Source: a virus
Lineage: Duplodnaviria > Caudoviricetes
Strand: one strand, 5' to 3'
DNA length: 46,660 nt
IMG/VR virus record: IMGVR_UViG_3300005713_000001
Location: 1 to 46,660 of that record
The position numbers were made by a program, and so were the translations under genes. Below are positions 26,158 to 34,666 of the stretch, one piece after another; the stretch's first letter is position 1, and the number at the start of each line of letters is the position of its first letter. Under the pieces are notes generated by a model, which ran no database searches, was not told the origin of the DNA, and saw nothing but the letters and a program-made list of their open reading frames with translations.

Positions 26158-26627
26158 CGCCGCCCGAGGCCGAGGCCGACGTCGACTACGCGCTCGCAGT
26201 CGTCGACGGTAGTTACGATCACGACGAGCAACCGCGCGTGCTCGGTCGCGCCGTGCGTGAGCTCCGAGCCGAGCTCGCCCAATGGCGTAGCGGCGAGCGT
26301 TGCGTGCGCGAGCCCGGTTGCGAGTGCACTTGGGAGCACGGCGACTCGCTGTGTGCTGTGCACCCGACGGATCCAGACACTGGCGAGCTACTCAAGATCG
26401 CCGCGGTCATGTCGGAACGCGACGAGGTGCGCGCCGCGATTGACGCGGCGCAACGCGATGTGGTCGCCGCCGGCGCGCGCATTGCCGAGCTCGTCGTCGA
26501 GCGCGACACCGCGCGCGCCGAGCGCGATTCAGCACGCGAGGATCGGGCGCTACTCGCACAACGCGTGCACGTGCTCGAGGGCCGGATCACCGCGGTACGC
26601 GACGCAATCAAAGGGGCGCAAGGGTGA
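26154..26627 (+). CDS. Coiled-coil protein with a Cys/His cluster
   Basis: CECTWEHGDSLCAVH followed by heptad repeats; GGAGG RBS. Confidence 0.65.
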   Translation: MTPPEAEADVDYALAVVDGSYDHDEQPRVLGRAVRELRAELAQWRSGERCVREPGCECTWEHGDSLCAVHPTDPDTGELLKIAAVMSERDEVRAAIDAAQRDVVAAGARIAELVVERDTARAERDSAREDRALLAQRVHVLEGRITAVRDAIKGAQG

Positions 26628-26854
26628 GCGGCCACGATCCGCGGCGGCGTGTGCCCGTGCAGGCCGACAACACGAGCCCGGGCAAACGAGCGGGCACCGT
26701 CGAATGGCACGAGCACGAGTGCGCTTGGCGCGACTACGCGCGGCGATACGGCACGTCTCAATCGGCCGAACGCATCGCCGAGCGCGGCGGCTTTGGATAC
26801 GGCGAGCTCGTCGTGCACCTCGGGCATGCCCCGCTCACTTGGGAGGCACGGTGA
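26624..26854 (+). CDS. Conserved small phage protein
   Basis: AW..Y...YG..QSAERIAERGGFGYGEL motif. Confidence 0.7.
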   Translation: MSGHDPRRRVPVQADNTSPGKRAGTVEWHEHECAWRDYARRYGTSQSAERIAERGGFGYGELVVHLGHAPLTWEAR

Positions 26855-27477
26855 CCGCCGCACCACGCAAAGCGCGCCGCCGGCGGCCGCCGATCGGCAT
26901 TCACCGCAAGCGCGGGCCCGCGCCACAGTACCCGACGTCGCGGCCGCTCGCGGCGGTGCTCGTCGCGCTCGATTCGGCCAAGCGCACGGGCTACGCGACG
27001 TACGTGCTCGGGCGATTGTGGGACTACGGCGAGGTCAATGCGCGCGTGCCCGCCGAGCGCTCGCGTGTGTTCGCCGACGCGATCCAAGCGGCGTACCTCC
27101 GACAAGTGCCCGTTGGCGTCGTGCTCGAGGTGCCTTGGGGCGGCTATGTGCAAGTCGCGCTATCGCTGCACGCAACGGCCCTTGCGTGGCGTGAGAGCTG
27201 GCTTGCGACCGGGTTTCGTCTCGAGCAATTCGTCGAGCGCACCGCCGGCGAGTGGCGCCGTGCGTTCGGCTGGTCGGGTTTACCACGCGCACAGGTACGT
27301 ATGTACGAGGCCGCACTCGCCGAGCAAGTGATAGCCCGCGACCTCGGCGCACGGCGATTTTCGAGGCCCGATCCCGGGCCCGACGCTTGCGCGGCCATCT
27401 CGATTGGCCAGACGATCGTACGTGCGCGCGAGCTGCAACCTGTACTCGGGTGTGGATTGATTGACACGCGCGCGTGA
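26851..27477 (+). CDS. RuvC-like Holliday junction resolvase
   Basis: LVALDSAKRTGYA, VVLEVP, EWRR, DACAAISIG (last acidic residue not conserved). Confidence 0.7.
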   Translation: MTAAPRKARRRRPPIGIHRKRGPAPQYPTSRPLAAVLVALDSAKRTGYATYVLGRLWDYGEVNARVPAERSRVFADAIQAAYLRQVPVGVVLEVPWGGYVQVALSLHATALAWRESWLATGFRLEQFVERTAGEWRRAFGWSGLPRAQVRMYEAALAEQVIARDLGARRFSRPDPGPDACAAISIGQTIVRARELQPVLGCGLIDTRA

Positions 27478-27479
27478 TA
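27462..27479. promoter_or_regulatory. Putative repressor operator TGACAC-N6-GTGATA
   Basis: 19/20 identity with the site at 9373-9392. Confidence 0.65.
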
Positions 27480-27536
27480 TCAGCGATTGTCTCGCCCGCG
27501 CGACACGCGCGTGCTGTACGTGAAAGGGGATCCACG

Positions 27537-27881
27537 ATGGCAGGTCACGACGAGAAACACCGCGGCGGTCGACCGGGCGAGCGTTGCCCGGATTGCGGCG
27601 CACCCATGGCATCAATCCCAGTACCCGACGAAAGCGATTTCGAGCGCGCCAAGGGCCTTGCGAACGCGCTTTGGGAAACCACGTACGACAGCTCGCAATC
27701 GTCGATCGCGGTGCTCATGTGCATTGCCGCCCTGATCGTCAAACGCGCGGGCCGCACGATGCTCGTATCGACCTCGGATCACTACGCACTCGCCGGCGTG
27801 ACGCGGTTCTACCTCGACCGCGTGCGTGACACGATTCTCGCGCGCCGAGCTCGGGCGCAAGCCGAGCGGGAGGCGAACTAG
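27537..27881 (+). CDS. Hypothetical protein (CPDCG)
   Basis: AAGGGG RBS. Confidence 0.6.
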   Translation: MAGHDEKHRGGRPGERCPDCGAPMASIPVPDESDFERAKGLANALWETTYDSSQSSIAVLMCIAALIVKRAGRTMLVSTSDHYALAGVTRFYLDRVRDTILARRARAQAEREAN

Positions 27882-27882
27882 G

Positions 27883-28170
27883 ATGGCCGACGACGATCAA
27901 GCGAGGGCCGACGCCGAGATCCATCGCGCGTATTGCGAGTTGCGCGAGTACACGATCAAGCACGACGTGCGGTTGCGCGGGATTCAACGCAAGGTGATCG
28001 AGGCGTACGGCCCAGACGGCTCAACAAACGCCGACCTACTTGCGCTCATGGGTTGGTGCTTGTACGAGCTGCGCAAGTCGGGCGTGCCGCCGCACCTCGT
28101 GCTTTGCGTGCTCGACGAGCAAGTGCGCGAGCTCGAGGCCGTCGACGCCGCGGGTGCTGCCAATGGCTGA
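27883..28170 (+). CDS. Hypothetical protein
   Basis: GGAGG RBS; MADDDQARAD... Confidence 0.6.
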   Translation: MADDDQARADAEIHRAYCELREYTIKHDVRLRGIQRKVIEAYGPDGSTNADLLALMGWCLYELRKSGVPPHLVLCVLDEQVRELEAVDAAGAANG

Positions 28171-28420
28171 CGCGCGCGACGAGGTCGAGCGCACGGCGAT
28201 CCGCGTGATCGGCGGTGTGTTGTTCGACGTCGGCCGGCGCGCGGTGCAATTCAGCCGCAAGCGCGGGCCCGACGACGGCGATCACTGGTACCCGCTTGTG
28301 CCCGAGTATTGGGGCCTCAAGCCGCACCAATGCTTTTGGTGTTGGGATGTGCTGCCGCACCAACCGAAACGCGGTTGCGAGGGCGTCAAGGGCCGGCGCA
28401 GCTATGAGCGGCAAGGTTGA
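28163..28420 (+). CDS. Hypothetical protein
   Basis: MADARDEVER...CFWC; overlapping start. Confidence 0.55.
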   Translation: MADARDEVERTAIRVIGGVLFDVGRRAVQFSRKRGPDDGDHWYPLVPEYWGLKPHQCFWCWDVLPHQPKRGCEGVKGRRSYERQG

Positions 28421-28484
28421 TCCCGGACGGCCCGGTGTGCACGTTTCGCAGTGACGCATGGTGCGTCGAAAGAGGGATACACAC

Positions 28485-28931
28485 ATGGCAGATAGCAATG
28501 AACACGCGTCGCGGTTGCGCGAAATGGGCGCCGCACTGTCGGCGGGCAACCCGCTCGGCGTGAGCTTTGGCAAGGCGTATCAGGATGCAATCGAGGCCGG
28601 CGCACTCGCGCTGCAACGTATGCAGGTTTACGGCGATGCGATCCCGGGTGCGATCCCGGGCCAACCTATTGGCGTCGGGCCGAGCGTGCCCGGCCCAACG
28701 TCGCCAGTGATTGCGGGTGATCACGGTCAACCGCAAGTCGTCGGGCCGCGCAACGAGGCCGAGCTACGCGGCGCGACGGCGGCCCGCACGGCCGAGCCCG
28801 CACTCACGGCCGCCGAGCGCGCCGAGGCCGAGGAACGCGACGCCGCCGAGGAACGCTCGGTTGCGCAACGCGCGGCGTCCGAGCGTGCCACGGGCGAGAA
28901 AGCCTCGACTCGCCCGGGCCGAGGGCACTAG
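28485..28931 (+). CDS. Hypothetical low-complexity protein
   Basis: GAGGG RBS; MADSNEHASRL... Confidence 0.6.
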   Translation: MADSNEHASRLREMGAALSAGNPLGVSFGKAYQDAIEAGALALQRMQVYGDAIPGAIPGQPIGVGPSVPGPTSPVIAGDHGQPQVVGPRNEAELRGATAARTAEPALTAAERAEAEERDAAEERSVAQRAASERATGEKASTRPGRGH

Positions 28932-29005
28932 GACAAAAAACCGAGGCGCGTCGCTCGCGCGGCCGTGAGTGGCGCGCCTCGCAATCCCAACGTCCGAGGG
29001 GATCC

Positions 29006-29218
29006 ATGTCCAAGTTCGAGGATCCGCAATGTCACGTGCAACGCCATGTCGAGCTGCACCGCGCGCTCGACGAGCTTGTCGCCGGCGAGCTCGTGCTCGC
29101 GGCGCTTTGGTGGGAGGCGGCCGACGAAACCGAGCTCTGTTACGAGCTCGTGATCGAGGTCAACGACGACTACACCGACGCGTATGAGGCTGAACTCGCG
29201 CGGGAGGCGACAGCATGA
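29006..29218 (+). CDS. Hypothetical acidic protein
   Basis: GAGGGG RBS. Confidence 0.6.
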   Translation: MSKFEDPQCHVQRHVELHRALDELVAGELVLAALWWEAADETELCYELVIEVNDDYTDAYEAELAREATA

Positions 29219-29676
29219 TCGAGCTGCCCGACGAGGTCGTTGTGACGTGGCCCGGATCGCGTGACTCGCGGCCCGCGCGTGCGCTAGTCGTCGGTGTACT
29301 GATCGTGCGCGCGGCGTTCAGCGACGAGCAAACGCAATACCTCGGACAGTTGCGGCACACGTTGAATCGTTGGGTCGTAGACTTCGCACCGATTCCGGGC
29401 GTGCGCTTTACCGACGTCGCCGAGCTGGCCAATGCGTTGTTGATTGCCGACGAGGTGTCGCGCTTTGCGCCGGGCGATCTTGAGGCGGCACGCACCGAGC
29501 AAGAGATCGTCGAGGCTGTCGGTCACGAGCTCGGCAACTGGATCAGGTACGTGACGGCGCGCGAGGCCGCCGGCGTGCCGCCCTTGCACTACCGCGCTTG
29601 GGCCGAGATCGCTTTGGGGATAGATGCTCGGCCCCGTGCGTGCGCCGAGCTCGTCGAGCTGGAGGTTGCCGTATGA
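29215..29676 (+). CDS. Hypothetical protein
   Basis: GGAGG RBS; ATGA coupling. Confidence 0.65.
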   Translation: MIELPDEVVVTWPGSRDSRPARALVVGVLIVRAAFSDEQTQYLGQLRHTLNRWVVDFAPIPGVRFTDVAELANALLIADEVSRFAPGDLEAARTEQEIVEAVGHELGNWIRYVTAREAAGVPPLHYRAWAEIALGIDARPRACAELVELEVAV

Positions 29677-29831
29677 GCGACGACGAACATACGCCGACGA
29701 CGTGTGACCACTGCGGAAAGCCCGAGCGGTTCAATGTGCTTTGTCCGGAGTGCGAGGATCTCGTGTGCGAGATTTGTGGACGCGTCGAGTGTTGTTGCGA
29801 CTCCCCTCCCCCCCGTGAGGTTTCGCCGTGA
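29673..29831 (+). CDS. 52-aa Cys-rich zinc-finger protein
   Basis: CDHC..CPEC..CEIC..CCC; GGAGG RBS. Confidence 0.6.
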   Translation: MSDDEHTPTTCDHCGKPERFNVLCPECEDLVCEICGRVECCCDSPPPREVSP

Positions 29832-30208
29832 GCCGCGTCGACGAGCTCGAGGCCATGGTGCGCGATCTCGAGTGGCAAGCCGACGGCTACCGCAACCGGA
29901 TCGCCGACCTCGAGCGCGAGCTTTCCTCGGCCAAGCGCGAACGCGACGGCTACGAGAAATCCGCCCGCATGTGGGGCGGAGAGGCCGGCGCAGCTGAACG
30001 CAAGCTTGACGCAATGCGCGACGAAAACGAGCGCTTGCGCAATCGCATCGCCGACCTCGAGCGCGAGCTCGGCCCCGCACGGTGCACGGGTGTATCCGCG
30101 CGTTGGTGTCCCGTCCACGGCGATTGCACGTGTGCCGAGGGCAAGGATTACAACGACCCTACGTGCCCACTACACGGCGCCGCTACGGCGCATGGAGATC
30201 GGACGTGA
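29828..30208 (+). CDS. Coiled-coil protein with C-terminal Cys/His domain
   Basis: RNRIADLERE twice; CTGVSARWCPVHGDCTC..CPLH. Confidence 0.7.
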   Translation: MSRVDELEAMVRDLEWQADGYRNRIADLERELSSAKRERDGYEKSARMWGGEAGAAERKLDAMRDENERLRNRIADLERELGPARCTGVSARWCPVHGDCTCAEGKDYNDPTCPLHGAATAHGDRT

Positions 30209-30588
30209 CGCGTCGCCGTCGTAGTCCCCAAGATGAGATCAGGCACTTACGCGGCGAGCGACGTGTGTGCAACGCGCGCGTGCGCGAGCTCGAGGCCATG
30301 GTGCGTCAACTCGAGTGGCAAGCCGACCGCTCGCGCGTGGCCGAACTCGAAGCGATGGTGCGCCGCTACCGCAATCGTATTGCCGACCTCGAGCGCGAGG
30401 TGCAAGCGACGGCTGTTAGTGCGCTCGCCCTCCACATGCGCCCGCATATGGAGGCTTCTGTACCCGAGGCCGTACGCGTGTGCTCGACGTGCGGCGGCCG
30501 AGAGTTTCATCTCTTCTGCGATGCAGGCACACCTATTCAGCGCGTGTGCGACACGTGTGGGTCGTGTGTGCCCTTACCCCCACCTTAA
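30205..30588 (+). CDS. Coiled-coil protein with C-terminal Zn ribbon; partial paralogue of 29828-30208
   Basis: ELEAMVRQLEWQAD, RNRIADLERE; CSTCG..CDTCG. Confidence 0.65.
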   Translation: MTRRRRSPQDEIRHLRGERRVCNARVRELEAMVRQLEWQADRSRVAELEAMVRRYRNRIADLEREVQATAVSALALHMRPHMEASVPEAVRVCSTCGGREFHLFCDAGTPIQRVCDTCGSCVPLPPP

Positions 30589-30701
30589 CAGTCATGGGGA
30601 CGCCAAGGCCGAGGGGCCTCGAGCGCGAGATTCGGTGCTAGTGGCGGAAAAATCCCGGCGACATGCAACAATTGACGCTACCTGACAACCTGTAGCAACG
30701 C

Positions 30702-31397
30702 ATGGCCATACGAAAAAAGCCCGCTAAGCACCCGTCCAAGGGATTGACGCCGCGAAAGCGCGACGACGCGCGCGTCGAGCTGGAACGCCGCGGGATCGTT
30801 GTGCGGTCGGAGGGGCAACGCTTGCTGCTCGCGGTCGACGCGACGCAAGGCGAAATCCAAAACGCGTGCGGCGTGTCGCACCAAAGCGTGATTGATTGGC
30901 GTTTCGGCCGTAAGACGCCGAGCCCCGCGGCGCGCGCCTCACTGTGGAACGCGTACGAGATCCCGGCGCACGCTTGGGGCCGCTTGCCCGAGGGCATGCA
31001 ACCCGCGAGCTCGGCCGCGCCCGAGGCAAAGCCGAGCAACGGGCACGCCGCTACGAGCGGCAACGGGCACGCGCCGCCGCCGTCCACGACGTCGCAGTTC
31101 GACGCCGCGAGCGCGCCGAGCTCGTTGTCGGAAACGGCCGCACTCATTGCGCGCATACGCGATCAGCTGCAAGCGCCCGACTTGTTGCCGAGCGACCGTG
31201 TGCGCATCACCGACAGCTACACGCGCACTATCGCCCTACAGCACCGCCTACAGCGCGAGGCCGACTTGCTCGAGGATCGCATCGTGCGCGAGCACCCAAC
31301 ATGGATCCGGATCAAGGCCGAGCTCGCACGCGTACTCACACGTCACCCGCAAGTCGCGGTCGAGGTGTGCGACGCGCTCGATCGGCTAGGCATGTGA
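30702..31397 (+). CDS. XRE-like HTH protein, candidate terminase small subunit
   Basis: N-terminal HTH, disordered linker, helical C-terminal domain; upstream of TerL. Confidence 0.55.
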   Translation: MAIRKKPAKHPSKGLTPRKRDDARVELERRGIVVRSEGQRLLLAVDATQGEIQNACGVSHQSVIDWRFGRKTPSPAARASLWNAYEIPAHAWGRLPEGMQPASSAAPEAKPSNGHAATSGNGHAPPPSTTSQFDAASAPSSLSETAALIARIRDQLQAPDLLPSDRVRITDSYTRTIALQHRLQREADLLEDRIVREHPTWIRIKAELARVLTRHPQVAVEVCDALDRLGM

Positions 31398-31435
31398 GGG
31401 CATGCGATTTATCACGGCCACGCTATAATTGAACC

Positions 31436-31987
31436 ATGCTGTACCGCTCGATTCTGATCGCTGCTTTCGCCACTCTTATCGCCGCGTGCCCGGCCGAGCC
31501 CGAGCGCGCCGAGCTCGACGAAGTGCCCGCCTACGAGCCCGAGGCCGACGCCGGCGTCGACGCCGAGGTCAAGTACGCCGACGGCGATCCCGAGCCGATC
31601 TACCGCGAGCGTGACGCGGCCGCCGGCGCGCATGCACCCGAGCCCATGCCCGAGCCCGCCGGTGCAGCTGCACCCGAGCCCGCCGCCGGTGCGCCTGCAC
31701 CCGCACCGATGTCCGAGCCCGCCGCCGGTGCGCCCGCACCGATGCCCGAGCCCGAGCCCGCCGCCGGTGCACCCGCGCCCGCGCCCGTGCCGCCGACCTC
31801 GTGCAAGCTCGCCTCGGGCGTTGTGCTCACGTGCGCCAACCAAAAGTTGTACCCGTATCAACTCATGTGGAATGCGGGCGCCTCGACGTGGCTTTGCGCG
31901 GCGAGCGACGCACCGCAGTGCAGCAAGGGCGGCACGTGCGCCGCGTGGCACAACGGCGGCACGATCGAGCACGGGGTTTGCCAGTGA
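31436..31987 (+). CDS. Lipoprotein with Pro/Ala/Glu repeat stalk and Cys-rich C-terminal domain (moron)
   Basis: Signal MLYRSILIAAFATLIAA-C lipobox; PEPAAGAPAP repeats; six C-terminal Cys; TATAAT at 31424-31429. Confidence 0.8.
   Translation: MLYRSILIAAFATLIAACPAEPERAELDEVPAYEPEADAGVDAEVKYADGDPEPIYRERDAAAGAHAPEPMPEPAGAAAPEPAAGAPAPAPMSEPAAGAPAPMPEPEPAAGAPAPAPVPPTSCKLASGVVLTCANQKLYPYQLMWNAGASTWLCAASDAPQCSKGGTCAAWHNGGTIEHGVCQ
31618..31790 (+). repeat. Coding tandem repeat CCCGAGCCCGCCGCCGGTGCRCCYGCRCC
   Basis: About five imperfect units encoding PEPAAGAPAP. Confidence 0.8.
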
Positions 31988-32172
31988 GCGCCCGCGACGT
32001 CGTCGTCGCGATCGTCGCGCTAGCATTCGGGTACGTGCTCGGGCCGTCGGCGAGCTCGGCCGCCGAGCCCGCGATCGACCGGGCCCTCGTCGAGCGGCTC
32101 GTGCGCGCGGTCGAGGCCAACGCTGCCGGGACTAAGGATCTCGCCCGCGCAACCGAGCGGTGTCATAAGTAG
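31984..32172 (+). CDS. 62-aa protein with N-terminal TM/signal segment
   Basis: VSARDVVVAIVALAFGYVLG...; GTGA-coupled to the lipoprotein. Confidence 0.6.
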   Translation: MSARDVVVAIVALAFGYVLGPSASSAAEPAIDRALVERLVRAVEANAAGTKDLARATERCHK

Positions 32173-32239
32173 CACTCGCTAGTTACAATCGACGCGTCCG
32201 GACGGCCCGGCGCACCCAACCCAAGGGAAAGGCCGTCCG

Positions 32240-32521
32240 ATGGCAAAGCACGTCGAGGTATTCAGCACGCGCGAGGAATGTCGCGCCCGTTTGATTGAGG
32301 CGCGTCGCGCCGCCGCCGCCAAGCGCGTCGAGGCCGATCAGCTCGTTGCCGAGGCATTCGAGCTCGAGGCCGTCGCACGGCGCGAGGCGTCGCGTTTCCT
32401 CGAGCTCACGCAAGAAACGAAACGCCTACTCGACGCCGACGTCGCGGGGCTCGTTGGCAAGCGTGAGAGTGCGCCGCCGCCGGCCGACGACGGGCACGCC
32501 GAGGCACCCGCGGCGTCATGA
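32240..32521 (+). CDS. Hypothetical helical protein upstream of TerL
   Basis: AAGG RBS; ATGA-coupled to TerL. Confidence 0.65.
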   Translation: MAKHVEVFSTREECRARLIEARRAAAAKRVEADQLVAEAFELEAVARREASRFLELTQETKRLLDADVAGLVGKRESAPPPADDGHAEAPAAS

Positions 32522-34173
32522 GCTCGCCGGCCCTCGACGGGCCGCGTCGACGCCGCGCACCGCCGCCGGCACAACGCCTTGGCCTCGTCGGAGATCTCTC
32601 GGCGTATCTGCGCGCCAAGGTCACCGACCTTACGCGGTTGCGTTGGCCGAGCGAGCGCTACCGCGCGCGGCCCGTCGAGTTTTTCCGCGAGATCCTCGGC
32701 GTCGAGCCTTGGCACAAACAGATCGAAATCATTGAGGCCGTACGTGATCACGATCGCGTTGCCGTCGCGAGCGGGCACAAAGTCTCGAAATCGCACACTG
32801 CAACCGGCCTCGCGCTTTGGTGGTATTGCAGCTTCGACGACGCGCGCGCGGTCATGACGTCGACGACGTCGCGCCAAGTGGATCAAATCCTTTGGCGTGA
32901 GCTCATGATGATTCGCGCCCGCTCGGGCCGTTGCGTCGTGTGCCGTGTCGCCGATCCCGACGGGCTCGTGATCAAACGACCGTGCCCGCACTCGGCGCTG
33001 ATCGACGGCGAGCTCGGCACGCTCGCGCGCACGGGCCTCAAGTCAGACGACTTTCGCGAGATCGTTGGTTTCACCGCCCGCGAGCCCGAGGCCATCGCCG
33101 GAATCAGCGGCCGCAATGTGCTGTACATCGGTGACGAGGCGAGCGGCATTCCCGATCCCATTTTCGAGGGCATCGAGGGTAACCGCGCCGGCGGTGCGAA
33201 GCTCGCATTGTTCGGAAACCCGACGCGCAACGAAGGTGAGTTTTTCGAGGCGTTCCATTCGAAGTCGCGGCTGTACAAAACGATCCACGTGTCGAGCGAG
33301 GAAACACCCAACGTCGTCGAGGGCCGCGTCGTGATTCCGGGCCTCGCTACGCGCGAGTGGATCGACGAGAAACGCGACGAATGGGGTGAGACGTCGCCGC
33401 TCTATCTCGTGCGCGTGAAAGGCCGATTCGCCACCAACGAGCAAGGGCGGATCTTCAACCTGCACACGATCCGCACCGCCGAGATCCGTTGGTACGACAC
33501 GACGCCGGCGGGCCGGTTGTTCATTGGCATCGATCCCGCGGGTGAGACGGGCACGGGCGACGAGTGGTGTTTCGCGCCGCGGCGCGGCCTCAAAGTGTTC
33601 GGGCTCTACCCGTTTGCACAGCTCAACAACGAGCAAGCCCTCGTGCAGCTACTAGGATTCATTGCGACGCATGCGTTGCCGCGTGAAACACCCGTTGTCG
33701 TGATAGACCGCGAGGGCTCGGTCGGCGCGAAGTTCACACGCGTGTTGCGCGACTACCTCGACAAGCACCCGGCGGCATTCGAACTCGCGACCGTGCGCGC
33801 ATCCGACGGCGCGCGTCGACAAGCACACCTTTACGGCCGCGTGCGCGACGAGCTCGCCGCCAACCTCGAGCGCTGGTTTCGTGACGGCGGGTCGATTCCC
33901 GAAGATGCGAAGCTTGTGAAAGAGTTGCACGCGTTGCAGTGGAAACAAGAGCTACGCGGCCGATTCAAGCTCACGCCCAAAGAGATCTTGCGCAAGCTAC
34001 TCGGCCGCTCGCCGGATCGCTACGACTCGCTCGCGCTATCGGTGTGGGAACCTTTGAGCCTCACGGCCGAGGATGATGTACCCGCGGCGGTGCGCTCGGC
34101 CGCCGCCGGCGATCACGGCGCCTATGCGGAAAACACCATGGATCCCTACGCGGGCGGTGACATATGGCGATAG
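32518..34173 (+). CDS. terL: Terminase large subunit
   Basis: PWHKQ adenine-binding motif, SGHKVSKS Walker A variant, IGDEASG Walker B, GNPTR, GIDPAG..GD and SPDRYDSL nuclease motifs. Confidence 0.92.
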   Translation: MSSPALDGPRRRRAPPPAQRLGLVGDLSAYLRAKVTDLTRLRWPSERYRARPVEFFREILGVEPWHKQIEIIEAVRDHDRVAVASGHKVSKSHTATGLALWWYCSFDDARAVMTSTTSRQVDQILWRELMMIRARSGRCVVCRVADPDGLVIKRPCPHSALIDGELGTLARTGLKSDDFREIVGFTAREPEAIAGISGRNVLYIGDEASGIPDPIFEGIEGNRAGGAKLALFGNPTRNEGEFFEAFHSKSRLYKTIHVSSEETPNVVEGRVVIPGLATREWIDEKRDEWGETSPLYLVRVKGRFATNEQGRIFNLHTIRTAEIRWYDTTPAGRLFIGIDPAGETGTGDEWCFAPRRGLKVFGLYPFAQLNNEQALVQLLGFIATHALPRETPVVVIDREGSVGAKFTRVLRDYLDKHPAAFELATVRASDGARRQAHLYGRVRDELAANLERWFRDGGSIPEDAKLVKELHALQWKQELRGRFKLTPKEILRKLLGRSPDRYDSLALSVWEPLSLTAEDDVPAAVRSAAAGDHGAYAENTMDPYAGGDIWR

Positions 34174-34451
34174 ACAAGCTGATCACGATCCGTGTAGCCG
34201 ACGTGTTGCCGCCGCTCGAGGCGCCGCCCGTCGAGCTGCAGATAACGGATGTGCCGCCGCCCGAGCCGCGCCCGTGCGTGTTCGACGCGTCGCATACGGC
34301 CTACGCGCGTTGTTTCAAACACCCTCGGTTTGCAGACATGTTGCGCGCGCTGCATTGCGAGCAGTGCAACAAAGCGGTGTGCCCGTCGATTGGTCCGGGT
34401 GGTGCCGAGGGTATCGTTGAGCTCAACTTGCAAGAGTGGTGTCCGGTATGA
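34164..34451 (+). CDS. Hypothetical protein (CEQC)
   Basis: Overlaps the TerL stop; coupled to the next gene. Confidence 0.55.
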   Translation: MAIDKLITIRVADVLPPLEAPPVELQITDVPPPEPRPCVFDASHTAYARCFKHPRFADMLRALHCEQCNKAVCPSIGPGGAEGIVELNLQEWCPV

Positions 34452-34666
34452 CCCGCGGCCGCCGATCGCTGATCGCGCTACTGCAAGTGACGACCGCGCG
34501 CGAGGTTGCCGCGCGGTGCGGCGTCGACCCGTCCTGCGTATCTAAGTGGTCGAGCGGCATCAAAGCGCCGGGCCCAACGAGCCGCGCCAAGCTCGAGGCA
34601 AACTATGGGATTCGCGCGGGATCATGGGTTGTGTCACTACCTCAACAACCCGGCTTACACCGCTAG
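34448..34666 (+). CDS. Small XRE-like HTH protein
   Basis: TTAREVAARCGVDPSCVSKWSSGIKAP..RAKLEANYGI..SW. Confidence 0.75.
   Translation: MTRGRRSLIALLQVTTAREVAARCGVDPSCVSKWSSGIKAPGPTSRAKLEANYGIRAGSWVVSLPQQPGLHR

Noticed and set aside
29828-30588. Diversity-generating retroelement template/variable repeat pair
   Set aside because: No reverse transcriptase gene, and the differences are not confined to adenines
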